Assembly: GCF_001194135.2 (NCBI RefSeq)
Contig: NC_069000.1
Span: 9,361,843-9,425,842, forward strand
DNA: 64,000 nucleotides
Direction of reading: 5' to 3'
Source: Octopus bimaculoides
Taxonomy: Eukaryota
Under the pieces are notes generated by a model. That model ran no database searches and was not told where the DNA came from. It was given only the letters and a program-made list of their open reading frames with translations. The position numbers and the translations under genes were made by a program. Shown here piece by piece: positions 22,906 through 37,119 of this stretch. Numbering within the stretch: position 1 is the stretch's first letter; each line of letters begins with the position of its first letter.

Positions 22906-23143
22906 ACATACATACTTGCTTACAAGAAAAAATGCTCAACAGGATATATAAGTTCATCTCCAAGTTGATGATACATTCTGCTGTGATTCTTTAGTCACCT
23001 GAATGAATCCACACAACTAAGAAACTCAGAGTAATGACAAAGTGAGCCATCAGATTCAAAAGTATAAATACACATATATGTGCGCATATATTTTTTTCAC
23101 ATCCAGTTTCTATGCTGGCATTGGTTGGAGATATACATATATT

Positions 23144-23153
23144 TGTGTGTGTT

Positions 23154-23186
<33 letters not shown>

Positions 23187-23189
23187 GTT

Positions 23190-23260
<71 letters not shown>
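23144..23260. repeat. (GT)n microsatellite
   Basis: Directly visible. Confidence 0.95.
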
Positions 23261-23263
<3 letters not shown>

Positions 23264-23667
23264 GCTTCAGAAAAGAATAAATTTCACATAGTTCAAAACT
23301 TGTATTCTACAGCTGTTTCATAATGATAAACACCACCAAATTTGTAATTACATAACTGTCAATGATATCTAATTTAAATTAATTATGTACCACAAATATG
23401 AAATATAGTTTTGATGTTTATCTTAATGAAACAGCTGTCAAACACAAATATGAATTACATGTGAAATTTCTGCATTTCTGTTTTTATTCAAAATATGTTA
23501 CTTTTAAAGATTGCTTTAGCTGATTATGTAAATACATGGCCATTGATCCTATTTGGATTTACTACAAAATAATAATGTGTTTGAGTCTAACAATCTGTTA
23601 TTAATTGGGCCCTTAGTTATCATGGATTTATTTTTTAATGTTTATACATCAATTTTCTATATGGCTG

Positions 23668-23771
<104 letters not shown>

Positions 23772-23799
23772 ATATACATGCACACACACATACACACAT

Positions 23800-24450
23800 A
23801 CAGTTAAGCCCCAACACTTCCTGTAAAGTCTATGCTTGGTGTCTAGAAAAGAGATGAAAGGATAGATGTTGTTGAGCCCAAACTAGCTGAAGAACTGTAT
23901 GGTTTTCATCCAGAACACAGTACAAATGACCAGATATTCACTCTACAGCAGGTCTTGAAGAAATTGTGGGAATATTGCCAAGAAGTGTATGCTTGGTTTG
24001 TAGACCTCAAAAAGCATATGACCATGTGCCACAGGACATGGCATGGAGGGTTCTGCAGGAGTTTTGAGGTTCAATGAGCAACTTCTGGCTTCCATGAAGT
24101 CTATATGCATACCCAAATGTTTGTCTAGGATAAATGGTGTTAAGTCAAAGCCTTTCAATCTGGGAGTTGGACTTAAAACAAAGGTGCATATTATCACTCT
24201 CTTTTTCATAATTTTTATGAATTGGACTGGCATGTAAAGCAATTGTGGAAGTGGCATCACAACAGGTGAGTGTCAGATCAGTTGGCTGATAATTGCAGAC
24301 AACCTGGTGCTACTAGGCCCATCAGGTGATCTCCAGTATGTACTAGTTTCCCTATTAAGTGCTGCAAGGCAAGGAAGACAATTAGTGCTGCAAAGACTGA
24401 GATATTGGTCCTCTCAAAACAGCCTTCTCAGTGCACTCTGCATTTTAATG
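23800..24450 (+). mobile_element. Degraded RTE-clade LINE reverse transcriptase core fragment
   Basis: Frameshifted translation VEPKLAEELYGFHPEHSTNDQIFTLQQVLKKLWEYCQEVYAWFVDLK(K)AYDHVP...GVGLKQRCILS...IADNLVLL...AKTEILVLSK, matching RTE RT motifs with a decayed catalytic YADD. Confidence 0.85.
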
Positions 24451-24453
24451 GTA

Positions 24454-24558
24454 TCAATCACAAGGCACTGTTTAGCCCAGGGCTGTAGGAGAAAACATTT
24501 GCTCAAGGTACCACCCAGTTGAACTGATCTCAAAACCACATGGTTGCAAAGAAAGCTT
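24454..24558 (-). mobile_element. SINE family A 5' fragment abutting the RTE fragment
   Basis: tcacaagg...ttgctcaaggtaccac...aaccacatggttgcaaag, homologous to family A heads. Confidence 0.65.
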
Positions 24559-24580
24559 TGCATGGTATGTGTTGTGTTGT

Positions 24581-24701
<121 letters not shown>

Positions 24702-26846
24702 TTTTAACAGTGACTTTGAAGTTTCACCTTATTAGACATCAACAGTTTGATGACAACTAGTAAACCAAATCTTCAAAGTCACAGTCAGCCTTCTTGTAAA
24801 AATGAATAAATGTGGTTCTCTAAAAAGTATTTTCAACTGTTTTTTATACATAACTTTACATAAACATTAATGTATGCATGTGTTTGTGAATACATGTATA
24901 TGCACATATTCACAGACACACTCATATACACACAATATACACAATCATATATAATTAACTGTTGTATGTGAACAAATTTTATCAGGAAACTATTTATTTG
25001 TAAATGTCATAAGAAATTTAAGTAGTGGAAGCAAAATATTATGCAACAAGTCATTGTATAATTAAGTTCAATCTGGAGTTGGCTGGATGATATTTTAGAA
25101 AATGAACCTGAACTATAGGACAATGTACAGTATAGAACAGCTGAACAGTGTAACATATAGATAGATATAAAATATAATTGATCTATTGTGAACAGGAATG
25201 ATTAACTGTTACTCCCTGCCATTGCTGCCACCACTATACATACATACAAACAAACACACATGGTTCACACTTGAAAGAATACAGGGAAGCAACTGTTATA
25301 TTGTACCTCCTAAACAAAGAAGGAGTGTGATCTCAGAGAATGGATCAACATTAAAATGAATGGTAGGAGCTGGCGTATATGTCAATCTAAATCACAATGG
25401 GTGAAACTGCACTCATAAAAACATGTCCCACTTCACTCACCCATGTGTGGAGTAGTAGCAGTGGTAGTGGTGGTGGTGGTGGTGGTAATAATATGTGTTC
25501 ACTGTCAGCTGGCAGTTGACAGCAGCTGGGACATTGGGTAGGCCAATTAAGACTTAGAAGTGAAGTGGTAATTAGAAGTGACCATAACCAAGTGTGCCCA
25601 TCACTCTCTTAAAAAAAAAATCAATGAGAACAGGAATAATAGGGTGGTGGTAGGGAGAGGAGAAGGAGTAGGATGTTGATGATAATCATGAAGGTGGTGA
25701 CACTGGGGGTATGTGCTTGGACATTAAATTGTATCCTGAGGCAAGGCATATTTGTCTACTTTAGTAAGGTACAACTTAAAAAACAGAAAAAGTGGTACTT
25801 AGTCTGACTTAAAACTTCATATTATTGCTGAACAATTAAAAAGGCCATCAAGATGTGTAGCAACAAGTCAACAACTTCAAACATAAAAGGAAGTCTTAAA
25901 ATTTACAGAAATCATCACCTGATGCTTGCACTGGAAAACAGACATTAAAGTTGAGAAAAAAGGAATGCACTCATTCTCTTACAAGATAATTCAATCTGAG
26001 TTATGTGCATTGATCAAGATCCAGTACAATACTTTGAAGGTCTTAATAGTTCCCAACTCATCAGTTAAAACAAAATCATAGCAAATGCTGAAGTAGCCAT
26101 CAGTGATTTGCTATCTTCAATTACAATGAAGACTATATCCAAGAAGTGTGTTACATTTGAGAACTGGATCACTTAAGGTGTTTTTCATTAGTTACTGTGA
26201 GAAGGAGCAATGCCCACAACTTTTTGTAGAGCTTCCCAGATTGAAGGATAGAGATTGCTGAGCAAATTCAATTTAGATATGTTTACTTAAATCTTTGTAT
26301 CTTGTTGGGTAGAGAGACAACATAGGTCATGGGGAAATTCTATAAGACTGTGCTTTTGGGAAAAGGGATTGGAAGAATCAACAGTATTCACTTTCAAATA
26401 ACTTAGGTTTATAACATTTATAAACCCAAGTTTATAGCTCTTTTATTACAAAATGAAAGATAAATTTATAAAAGGTATTTTGCATGTGAGATTTAAATGA
26501 CGTCTAGAGATGAGTGTTAAAGGTGTAATATGGATTCCAATAATAAAAATATTTTTATCATGAGAAAGACAATTATTGCCAATTACCTCTCATAATAGAT
26601 ATTTTATTATTCTCACTGATGACCAAGCAAGGTGTAATAACATGATAAAACAGTGTCTGTAAAACACTCCACCACATCTTCCACTTATGGATCATCAATA
26701 TCACTGCTTCATTTAACATCTGTTTTTTCAATGTTTGCATGGCTTAAACTAGCATTACAAACTACATCTGTCACCAGAGAAACTATACAGAAATCAGATA
26801 ACATTTTCAGTTTTCCCTCCAGTATAAACTGGAGCAAAAGACTTAC

Positions 26847-26873
26847 ATGACTGGATATTCTTCCTTGTATCAG
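26847..26873 (-). other. Candidate 27-nt in-frame microexon
   Basis: Long pyrimidine tract + TGC + TAG|CTGATACAAGGAAGAATATCCAGTCAT|GTAAGT. Confidence 0.3.
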
Positions 26874-27515
26874 CTACAGTATTGATGAGAAATGTGCAAA
26901 GAATAGTGGGGGGAGGTATAGAAGGATTTGGAAAAAGATGGAAAGAAAAAGAAAAAAAAAAAAAGAAAAACAATGAAGAGAAAGTTAGCAACACAAAGAA
27001 AGAGAGGGACGTGTAACAGATCAGAGTAAAAGCATGAAGTAGAAATAGAGGGAGAGAGAGAGAGAGAGAGAGATTGGGAGAAAGAGAGACATAAGTGGTG
27101 ATTGGGGAAGAGATAACATGAAAAATAGAAGAAAGACAGAGAGGGTGGAGAGAGAGAGAGAGAGAAAGAAATAGGAGTAATGAAAGGGAATATAAAAAGA
27201 ATCAGTTCTGTTGAATTCCTAGTGTACTTCCAATCTATACAGAATGTTAAAAGCTGACTACCCTAACTATGCAGATGTAAAATTCAGAGTTGAAGGGAAA
27301 AGCAGCTAGCTTCTGTGAAAAAAAAAATCTACATGTTACTATATATTTAAAGACAGCAAAAAGATTTATTGGCTGTAATCTGTCATTGTATTATGTACAT
27401 AGTTAACAACACATCAATTTAACTGTTTAGAATTTACAACTTGGAGCCAATTTACATACACTATCCACATATAATTAGTCATTTCATTTTATTTGATGTG
27501 TTTGGGGTTTCTAGG

Positions 27516-27568
<53 letters not shown>

Positions 27569-28001
27569 NNNNNNNNNNNNNNNNNNNNNNNNNNNNNNNN
27601 NNNNNNNNNNNNNNNNNNNNNNNNNNNNNNNNNNNNNNNNNNNNNNNNNNNNNNNNNNNNNNNNNNNNNNNNNNNNNNNNNNNNNNNNNNNNNNNNNNNN
27701 NNNNNNNNNNNNNNNNNNNNNNNNNNNNNNNNNNNNNNNNNNNNNNNNNNNNNNNNNNNNNNAAAACTTTATCATTAGGAATGTACAGCAGTGAAATAGA
27801 TAGTATTAGCAACACGACAACATAAATAAGATTAACACATTTTTCTAAACTCAGATCAATAAAAGAGGTACCGGTAATGTATTGGAACAAGTAAGAGAAT
27901 CTAGTATATAAATTTTAAAGTGGCTTCTCAGAATTAACTTGGGTAACTCAATAACAGCCGTTGTGATTTGAGTTTTTGAAGGAACATATTCTGAATGATG
28001 A

Positions 28002-28178
28002 TATTCTTTTATTCTTTTACTTGTTTCAGTCATTTGACAGCAGCCAAGCTGGAGCACCACCTTTAGTCAAACAAATCGACCCCAGGGCTTATTCTTTGTA
28101 AGCCTAGTACTTATTCTATTGATCTCTTTTGCCAAACCGCTAAGTTACGGGGATGTAAACACACCAACATCAGTTGTC
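28002..28178 (-). mobile_element. SINE family A, 3' half (young copy)
   Basis: High reverse-complement identity to 32425-32600. Confidence 0.9.
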
Positions 28179-29952
28179 ATATGTCGTTCTTTCACATAAT
28201 ATGAGCTGTGACTTGAACTCAGTCTTTTACTGAAGTTTTACAATACTAAGAGTCCTATTCCTCAGTTGCATTGTCTTGTATACTTGAGTACAGACAAAAA
28301 CAAAAAGTTACTGACTCATACTCTCAAATACACAAACAGAACAATTGTTTACATTCAGCTTGTGGAAGTGGATAAATACTTCTGCAAGAGGATAATGGTA
28401 TTATTTAAAGTGTTAAATGAAATAGAACAAAACTCATTAAACAAGTTCCTTCAGTTGAATAGGCAAGAGCAGATAGTTCAAACTGTGTTTTTTACTGACA
28501 GAAATACTGATTTCATGACATTTATATCCAAAATAAATATCTCATAATAATACAATCAACATTTAGAGATCTGATTTATTTGTCTCAGTATAATAAAACA
28601 ACCTGAATGACATTGAATATCAATCTTAGCTCAATAGTGATTGTCTAGAGAAAGAGAAGTTTAAGAAATTTATTGTGTTGTTTTCTTTAAGTACAGAGCT
28701 TCTACAATAGTTGGAGAGAAAGCAAATTGAGTATAATCTGTTGGGTGTGCAGTGTTAACAATCAATAGAAATCAAGAGAAAGTGAAATGAGAAAGCAAAT
28801 GAGTATAAATGTGTTAGTTGATATCTACAGTAGACACAAACTGCACTCACTGATATGGACATATGATGTAAGTAAGTAGTGTTGGGCACAAAAACAAATG
28901 TTTTGAGTTAAAACATAAGTTTATATCTCAGAAAGAAAGATTTCAGAAGAAGCAGTTAGAACGAGGTGCACTGAATTCATTACTCCCTTTTACACTACTA
29001 TCTCACTATTGGGTGCCTTTACATGCTTGTGGAGTTCATTTTGCACCAAGTCTCCAGCCTGAGGATAATACAATATCTTAGCACACAGCTTTTTACATCA
29101 TGAGTCCACAAATCATGGGGTTTCTTTACTTCCTTTCCCTTCAGCAATTTCAGAGATCTTACAGAAGTCATGGCTACCTCCTTTCCTCCTTTGATTAAAT
29201 CATGATAAAAATGACTGAATTGAGAACATTATATTATGTCTTACAAGATAGAAATGTGCTGTATTACAGTTTTATCCAAGACATGCCAGTGGGAGAAAGA
29301 TGGGTCATTAAAAAAATGGTAACAATAGTGATAGCAATCCAGACGAAAATAATAATGAGTCGTCTGTAGATAATTATTATAAAACAGATAAATTGAAAAC
29401 TGCCCAGTTGATAAGATTTTATATAAATTATCAATAAACCTGATTGCTAATACATCTAAAATCTCAGCTACTAAAAATTATTTCATCAACAAAGCCCAAT
29501 ATTCTCAGGTTTGGTTTTGTTGCTCCACCCCAAGCTTTATTTGATAACTTCTACCATTGATATAAATTATTTCATTGCCTAACTTTGAAGTATGTTGTAT
29601 CTTCTAAAAGGATTTTTTTTCTCAGATGGAAACTGTGTATATACATTAAGTATGTCATATAGATAAAGATTTTATTCTAGACCTGTTTCTATTGCATTAT
29701 TCAAATACAGACAGACAGTCTGGTATAGTTATGTTGCTCAATTATCAGCAGTGATGTTAAAATTTTCCTTCATAATAAATCATCTGATTGCTTTGTGCCT
29801 TTTAAGACATGAGAAATAAGGGATCCCTTAATTGAAAATCAGATAAAGTTTAGCAACAAGAAATGCATTCAGCTGTAAAACAAACCTCAATAATATATTC
29901 TTCAAATCAATGATAGCATGGAAAAAAATGAACAATATATATATATATATAT

Positions 29953-30130
29953 CATCATCATCATCATCATTTTAACATCAACTTTTCTATACTTGCATGA
30001 GTCAGATGAAATTCAATGAAGCAGGCATTCTATGGCAGGATGCCCTTCCTGTTACAATCCCTCATCAATTATCAAGCAAGGTAATATTTCCCCCCTGCCT
30101 AGACATGTTTCTCTTGGATGACTGGAAATG
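29953..30130 (-). mobile_element. RTE-type 3' end fragment with (GAT)n tail
   Basis: (CAT)n-tttaacatc...ggatgcccttcctg motif shared with 55021-55172. Confidence 0.7.
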
Positions 30131-30444
30131 AACAACATTCTTCTTTGCGCAACTGTACTTATCCATACACATCAGATGGCCAAACCAGTGTAGTCACCTC
30201 TCTTGTACACAACATCTGATTCCTCTTATGCCTAACTTTTCTCTCATTTGCACTTTGTCATACATGCACACTATAGCATTGATAGTACTTCTACCTGGTA
30301 CAAACCCAAACTGCATCCCATCTACTCTAATTCTGCTTCTAATTAATTAGGTTATAACTCTCTGTAATACTTTAAATATATATTTTAATTATATAGAAGG
30401 AAACACTGCTAATGATTATAATAGAGCTGATAGAGAGAACACAG

Positions 30445-30770
30445 AGGCATGGTTGTGTGGTTAAGCATTTTGCTTTAGAATGATTGAGATGTTCCCTTCA
30501 TAATTATGGGGTCCAATTCCACTACATATCTTGGGCAAGTGACTTTTAACATAGCTTTGTGTCTACCTTGTGAGAGGAACTGGGTAATCAGAAATACTAT
30601 GGAAGCCCATTAGATGGACTGCACCAGTAATTCATAGAACCAACTTTGTCTCATTGTGTCGTGCTGATTCTGCTTGGAGATTATATTAAGGGTACGAAAT
30701 GTCTGTGGAATACTTAGCCAATATAATTCAATGAGCAGGCAATTCTGTTAAACAAGGAACTGGAACGCAC
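30445..30770 (+). mobile_element. SINE family A head followed by a family C 3' segment
   Basis: ggcatggttgtgtggttaag...ttgggcaagtg, then gtctgtggaatacttagcca shared with 48125-48260. Confidence 0.6.
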
Positions 30771-32226
30771 ATCACGAAAACCAACAGTAAATTATTCATC
30801 ATCATATAAGGGAAAGTTCTTTTCAATAATATGATCGTGATAGACATTCTGTGGAGAAACTAATCTTATTTTTATTCCTCAAAAAATCGTTAATGATAGA
30901 GAACACAAAGTGTAGGCTGTCAACCATAAGCTTCAGACCTATAGATTCCATGCAATGTTTTACAATGTAAACTTGAAGAAATCAATTTCATTTAGTGAAA
31001 CTAAACAAAACATGTTTTATCCAATGAACTAGAGACCAATGTACAATGAAATGATAGAATTCCACATATAACAGTCTCTGCTATGACTGAGTCAAATATC
31101 TGACCTTTTTTTCTGTTTTTTTTCTCTTGGAGCTTATTTATAAATCATAGAACACAGTTCTCACAGATATTAAGTTTATGAATTTAAACAGGTTTTGACA
31201 GGAACAAGTGTAAATCACTGGCCAAACTGATCAATTATATGCTTTAGATTGGTTTACATAATCTATGTGCAGGAAAACAAAAACAGGCATATATAAATAT
31301 GCACAACCCAGCACATAAATATAACGAGATAATAGCATATGCACAAATTTGTACAAAACATTTTATTGGCCTTCAAAGGGTAATATTATACACCTTTCTC
31401 CATCATGTAGCTGCTATTCATTTCAACACTGCTAGAGCTTTAATGCTCTCTGCCTCTACCTCAGCCTTTGTGTATGTGTGTATCTGAATATTTGCGTATG
31501 TTTGTTTGCGTGGGTGTGTACATGCATATCACTCTCTCTTTCTCTTTCTCATAATAAAACGATGCACGAAGATAATAAGATACATAATTTTAGCAAAATA
31601 TTAAATAAATTTCATCATGAGATTTTTATATTTCAATATTTTAGCCTAGAAGTCTTTGAAATAATTGCAAATTACAATAAATTGCTGCTTAAAATAAAAT
31701 CACGTAAGTTATGCAACAGCAGCAAACTAAACTAATAACTTAATGGGAAACTTATCTGACTACAAATCAGGTATTTTATTTCCCTAGTATAGAATGAATG
31801 GTTCCACAAAATGTTTAAGTATTTGCATGAATTGTTGAAGTATATATTTTATGGCTAGCTGTTTTCCTGTCAACTATGAAACAACCTCATAGGTGAAGCT
31901 GTACTTATCTGTCAAGACTAACTGGAGTAAATATTGTGCCTTGTCTAAAAGACAGGACATTATACTAGATGTGCTATAACTTCTGTTACCAATCTTCAAT
32001 ATGCTTTAATACTCTTGAATTTGAATAACTACATGTAAAATGACAATAAATGTACAGAATAATCAACATTATGAAATCATAACATTAGAAGGTACACTTA
32101 TGCTTTAGTATTACTGAGAAAATATCTTGTTCTTGTTTTATTTTTATTCTTTATCTCATGTCATCTCTGATCAAATATTCATCTGATGCTGGAAAAGCTC
32201 TTCTAAAATGTTTTATTAATAGTGCA

Positions 32227-32600
32227 TTGCTTACCAACCACATGATTCCGGGTTCAGTCCCACTGCATGGCACTTTGGGCAAGTGTCTTCTACTATAGCC
32301 TCGGGCCAACCAAAGCCTTGTGAATGGATTTGGTAGACAGAAACTAAAAAAGCCTGTCGTATGTATGTATGTATGTATGTATATGTTTGTGTGCCTGTGT
32401 TTGACCACCCCCTACCATCGCTTGGCAACCGATGTTGGTGTGTTTATGTCCCTGTAACTTAGCAGTTCGACAAAAGAGACTGATAGAATAAGTACTAGGC
32501 TTACAAAGAATAAGTCCTGGGATTGATTTGTTTGACTAAAACCGGTGCTCCAGCATGGACGCAGTCAAATGACTGAAATAAATAAAACAATAAAACAATA
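32227..32600 (+). mobile_element. Near full-length SINE family A (young)
   Basis: tRNA-like B-box ccgggttcagtccc, internal (ATGT)n, and 3' gcatggacgcagtcaaatgactgaaa with an (AATAAAAC)n tail. Confidence 0.92.
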
Positions 32601-34149
32601 TATATATATATATATATATNNNNNNNNNNNNNNNNNNNNNNNNNNNNNNNNNNNNNNNNNNNNNNNNNNNNNNNNNNNNNNNNNNNNNNNNNNNNNNNNN
32701 NNNNNNNNNNNNNNNNNNNNNNNNNNNNNNNNNNNNNNNNNNNNNNNNNNNNNNNNNNNNNNNNNNNNNNNNNNNNNNNNNNATATATATGTATGATATT
32801 TATCTTCATGCATTGCTCAGCCTATAGGCTCTGTTGTCTCCTAAACTTCAGCCAGGTCTTCTTGTACCTCCCTGCTGACACATCTGGGATATTCCACCAG
32901 GTTAATCAAATGTAGAAAGGTTAAGAAGGTATCTGTATCTGTTCACTGCAATTTGAAGGAAGTTCTTTCTTGTGTATTTACTGCCATGGGAATAGTGCCC
33001 CAACTTATTTTTTCTCTTGATGACAAAAAAACAAAAAACAAAAGGCTATGAGGGAGAAGCTAGGATTTGAAATAGAAACCTTATGGCTTCTAATTAGATG
33101 CTCATCTAGTACATGTAGCTTTTAGTATTAGGGAAGAAATAAAGTAAAGGAAATTTATATGAGTAAAGTTAAAATAAAGTGGTTCTTTAGAATGTAAGAT
33201 AAGCAAATTCAAAATATATGTTCATTCATTATAGACACAGCCATGAGAGAATGAATAACTTCGCTGTGATTTTCTTTCAATGTTGAAACGGAAGTAAAGG
33301 TCAGGCAGGGTTGGAACTAGATGTTCTATGATTAAAAGCATCAATGGTCTCTTTTATAACTAAGAATAGCAAAGTTGTTGTTTCGATTTTTGTTATTACT
33401 ACTAGTGTCTTCTTTTCAAATGGCTCTTCTTCTCTTACAAATGCAAAGCAAAGGAAGAGTCAGATTAAATGAAAAAGACTTTTGTTCTTCATGTAGGATA
33501 TAATGAGAAAAATCTACAGAATGTTTGAAGAACAAAAATACTTTAGTATTTATCAACAGAAGCAATGAAGAAACCATATAGATGGAATTTAATTAATTAA
33601 ACATCCAGCTAGCGAAAACAGTTTAATTGAACCTAAATGTAACTAAAACAACCCTATTTTCTAAGTCACTATTCCTTTTACCTTTCTGACTTGGAATTTT
33701 TTAGTTTATCTTTCTGTTTCACTTCCTTTTGCACTTTTTTTAATGGATATTTTCAAATTTCTTAGCTTTATTATATTTACTTTTGGAGCAAAATATTGTT
33801 TCTTATTACCAAATCAATCAATTGGTCTGGGACTGGTACGTAACCAAAAGTTGGTGGGATGTAACAAAATATTTCAGTTTATTCATAGGATTTCAAATAG
33901 ATACTTAAACCACTCAGCTATCACTATTCCAATATTATGTTATCAGGTGTGACTGATATATAATATATGAGTGAGAATATATTAAGCAACACGGTCATCA
34001 ATCAGCTAACAGTAACAAAGGACCTCAGAATTAATTTAGCAAAAGCCAAAGTCTTAATTAGTAGGAAAGCTGACAAATCACATATCACTTCAGGTAGATG
34101 GCCCTGTTCATACTTTTTCCATGTGTAAAGGCAGGCAAACAGAAATTGC

Positions 34150-34237
34150 TGAGACAGATTTTATAAAACTGGATGCCCTTCCTATTGCCAACCCTCACTT
34201 GCTTTCAAATAAAGTAATATTTTCCCATGGCCCAACA
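34150..34237 (-). mobile_element. RTE-type 3' fragment
   Basis: ctggatgcccttcctattgccaaccc motif. Confidence 0.55.
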
Positions 34238-34334
34238 TCACATGATGCCGAGACAAGAAGACACATGTAGACATATATATGTATATACAAACACACACAT
34301 GTATATATACATTCACACGCGCACACACACAGAG

Positions 34335-34479
34335 CAGGCTTCTTTTACCAAATCAACTCACAAAGCTTTTGCCAACTCAGGGCTGTAGTGAAAAGCACTT
34401 ACCCAATGCCAAACAGTGGGACTGAATCTGAAAGCATGTGGTTGGAAAGCAAAAACATTTTATCCACACAGCCATGCCT
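34335..34479 (-). mobile_element. SINE family A, 5' half
   Basis: Reverse-complement homology to the family A head. Confidence 0.75.
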
Positions 34480-35448
34480 ATAAATATGCACACACACACC
34501 TAGCAGTTGCAGTAGCAACAGCATCACTAACCATAAGCAATGCTAGGATGCACACCACCAAAAATAAACACTGAAAGACAAACAATTGCTGCTTATATGT
34601 CATGGCACTACTGAAATAGGGCTGGCTGAGGCTACAGTAGAACTAAATTACTGTTTACACTAATACAGCAGTAAGCAGAGAACAATCATAAAACACATAG
34701 CAAATAGGAACAATAGCCAGCAATAAAATCATCACTCAATTTACAAACGGATATCATCATATCTGTGCATCTGATGAGGTGATGGAAGAATAAACATTAA
34801 ATAAAAGAATAATGAAATGAGATTATATTACCAGTAATATGTTATCGCTATCTCTTTCTCTAATTTATTACCTATTGATATTTAGGTTCTATAAATACTT
34901 TCCTAAACAGCTTTAAGCTTAGAAAATGTTGAATTAGATTTCTGTTCTCATTCCCTTACCAATGTTCTTAACACAGTTTGTTCTTCTGCAAGTTATATTT
35001 TGACTATTCCAGATTCAAAGACAAAATTGCAAGTCAGTTCAAGTGAAGTGCTTTGTCCAGCACACATTACATCCCTTGAAATGTGACAGGCTATGTCTGA
35101 TATAATGAAATATCATTATCACCATCATTATTATCATCCTCACTGCTACTACTATCCTCCTCCTCCTGTGTGGGTATTTTATCTGTTAAATTCATCATTT
35201 CATTCCCTTCTGCCCACTCTGGCCACTGACCCACTATCAACACTTCTCTCCACTTTTTACCCATCCCTCCTAACATGTGTGTGTGACATTCCTAACAGCT
35301 TCTCATCACTATCTACCACTACCTCATCCCTAAACACTGCACTTTATCACTCTGTCCACTGACTTATTATCTAAATGCCACTTACAATTATATCCCAGCC
35401 CCTCCCTCAGTGATTTATTATTTTTTTAAATATACTATCTATACCCTC

Positions 35449-35482
<34 letters not shown>

Positions 35483-36324
35483 CTCTCTCTCTCCAAATAT
35501 ACTACCTCAAAACATCAATTGAAAACATTTTTTGTCTTCCAGCTGTAAGGACAGTTTCAAAACATCAGATTACCCTCATCCCACCACACAACATAGAAAC
35601 TTTTCAAGTTCACTAACTTCACTATAATCTTTACCTACAAAGACCACCTCCAGTTAAAAAAATGAGAAATAATTTTCTACCCAGATAAGATACTCTTAAT
35701 ACTTGATGTTCTGGTGCCTATTATTGACAGGTAGATAAAGAGGTGCAGTGCAGAATAAAATGCTCTGCCCACAAACAGTGAAAAATTCCCATAGTGTGAA
35801 CTTATGAGTTGGTAATCCAAACTGTCTCAATTTCTCTGCATGTAGCCTATGTCCAGGTCTGACAAATTACTCACAAGATACAATAAATAAACAACTGTTT
35901 TAAAACAATATAATCCCATTCAATTACATTTTATCATGCTTAGAATGGATTCGTCACAGTAGTGATGTTATACATGAAAATTTTTTTAGCTGCTTTAACT
36001 GACAAGCATAACTATCCCTCAAAGACCTAATAGTTCAGAAGTAAAAACACTGAATTTAAAACTTCTCAGTTTTAGCTTCAAGAATACATAAGGGATTACT
36101 CTAAAGAATGTGACTTGTTTTTTAAAAGAAATATAAAGAACAAAACATTATTTATTGTGGATGTATCTTAGTATAAATTCCAAGTGTAAAAAGCATAAGA
36201 AGGAAAGCTATCTCTTTTTTTTTTTTTACCTCTTTCTAGCTAATTACTGTGTAAGAGCAGGTTCAGAGAAGGCTTGCATTGTTCAACAACTCAAAGTAAT
36301 CTCAAATTTTTAACAGAAATTTGA

Positions 36325-36446
36325 AGTAGTAGTAGTAGTAGTAATAGTAGTAGTAGTAGTAGTAGTAGTAGNNNNNNNNNNTAGTAGTAGTAGTAGTAGT
36401 AGTAATAGTAGTAGTAGTAGTAGTAGTACTAATAGTAGTAGTAGTA
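36325..36446. repeat. (AGT)n microsatellite with short N-gap
   Basis: Directly visible. Confidence 0.95.
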
Positions 36447-37119
36447 GATGAATAGAGTCTGTCAGCTTAAAACAACTAAACTATTGAAAGTTTTGTTTGA
36501 AGTTGTTATATATTATAGTCATACCCCAAACCCTTTGCACTACACCCCACTCCCTATCCCATTAAATATTGTATATCACAAGCTCCCAATTCTAAACATG
36601 ACTAGACATCTTATTATGCATCATTTAATTGAGCCGCAATGTTTTATTTCAGAGATGAGGCATCGTTCTTAATACCATGTTGCTGAGAAAAGATTAAATA
36701 GCAACAAGGCAGCAGCACAAACTACTTGCTAATTTGAAATATAATGTGAAGGCTAGGAGGTAGACGATGTGCTGTTGAATTAAAAACACACCCCGACGCC
36801 CACTTTTTCGTCTTATTTGTTTCCTAATCTATTTTCTTTTTGATACATTTTTTTTTTGCTTGCTTTTGTGAAAAAAAATTTTCAATTTCCAGTTTTCTGT
36901 TTCCCACTTTCTTAAAGGACAAGTAACCATTTATTATAAAATCAGTTTTGAATTAATGATGAGTATGTGTATGTAAGTAGGGGAGGGTAAAGGGAGAGAA
37001 AGAACAGAAGCAAGCAGCAAGCAAAAAGGTAAGTTGAGAAAGTGAAAGGTATCACAACCAGGTAGAAAGCACAGGGAGTGCTAGGCAGAGAAAGTTACAG
37101 GCAAAGGTATGGGTCACAT

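Noticed and set aside
25860-26840. Coding-like stretch with scattered stops
   Set aside because: Possibly an old LINE or transposase remnant (FENWIT*GV), but no diagnostic motif can be supported.
32227-32290. tRNA-like A/B-box sequences at SINE heads
   Set aside because: They continue into SINE bodies and form no complete cloverleaf.
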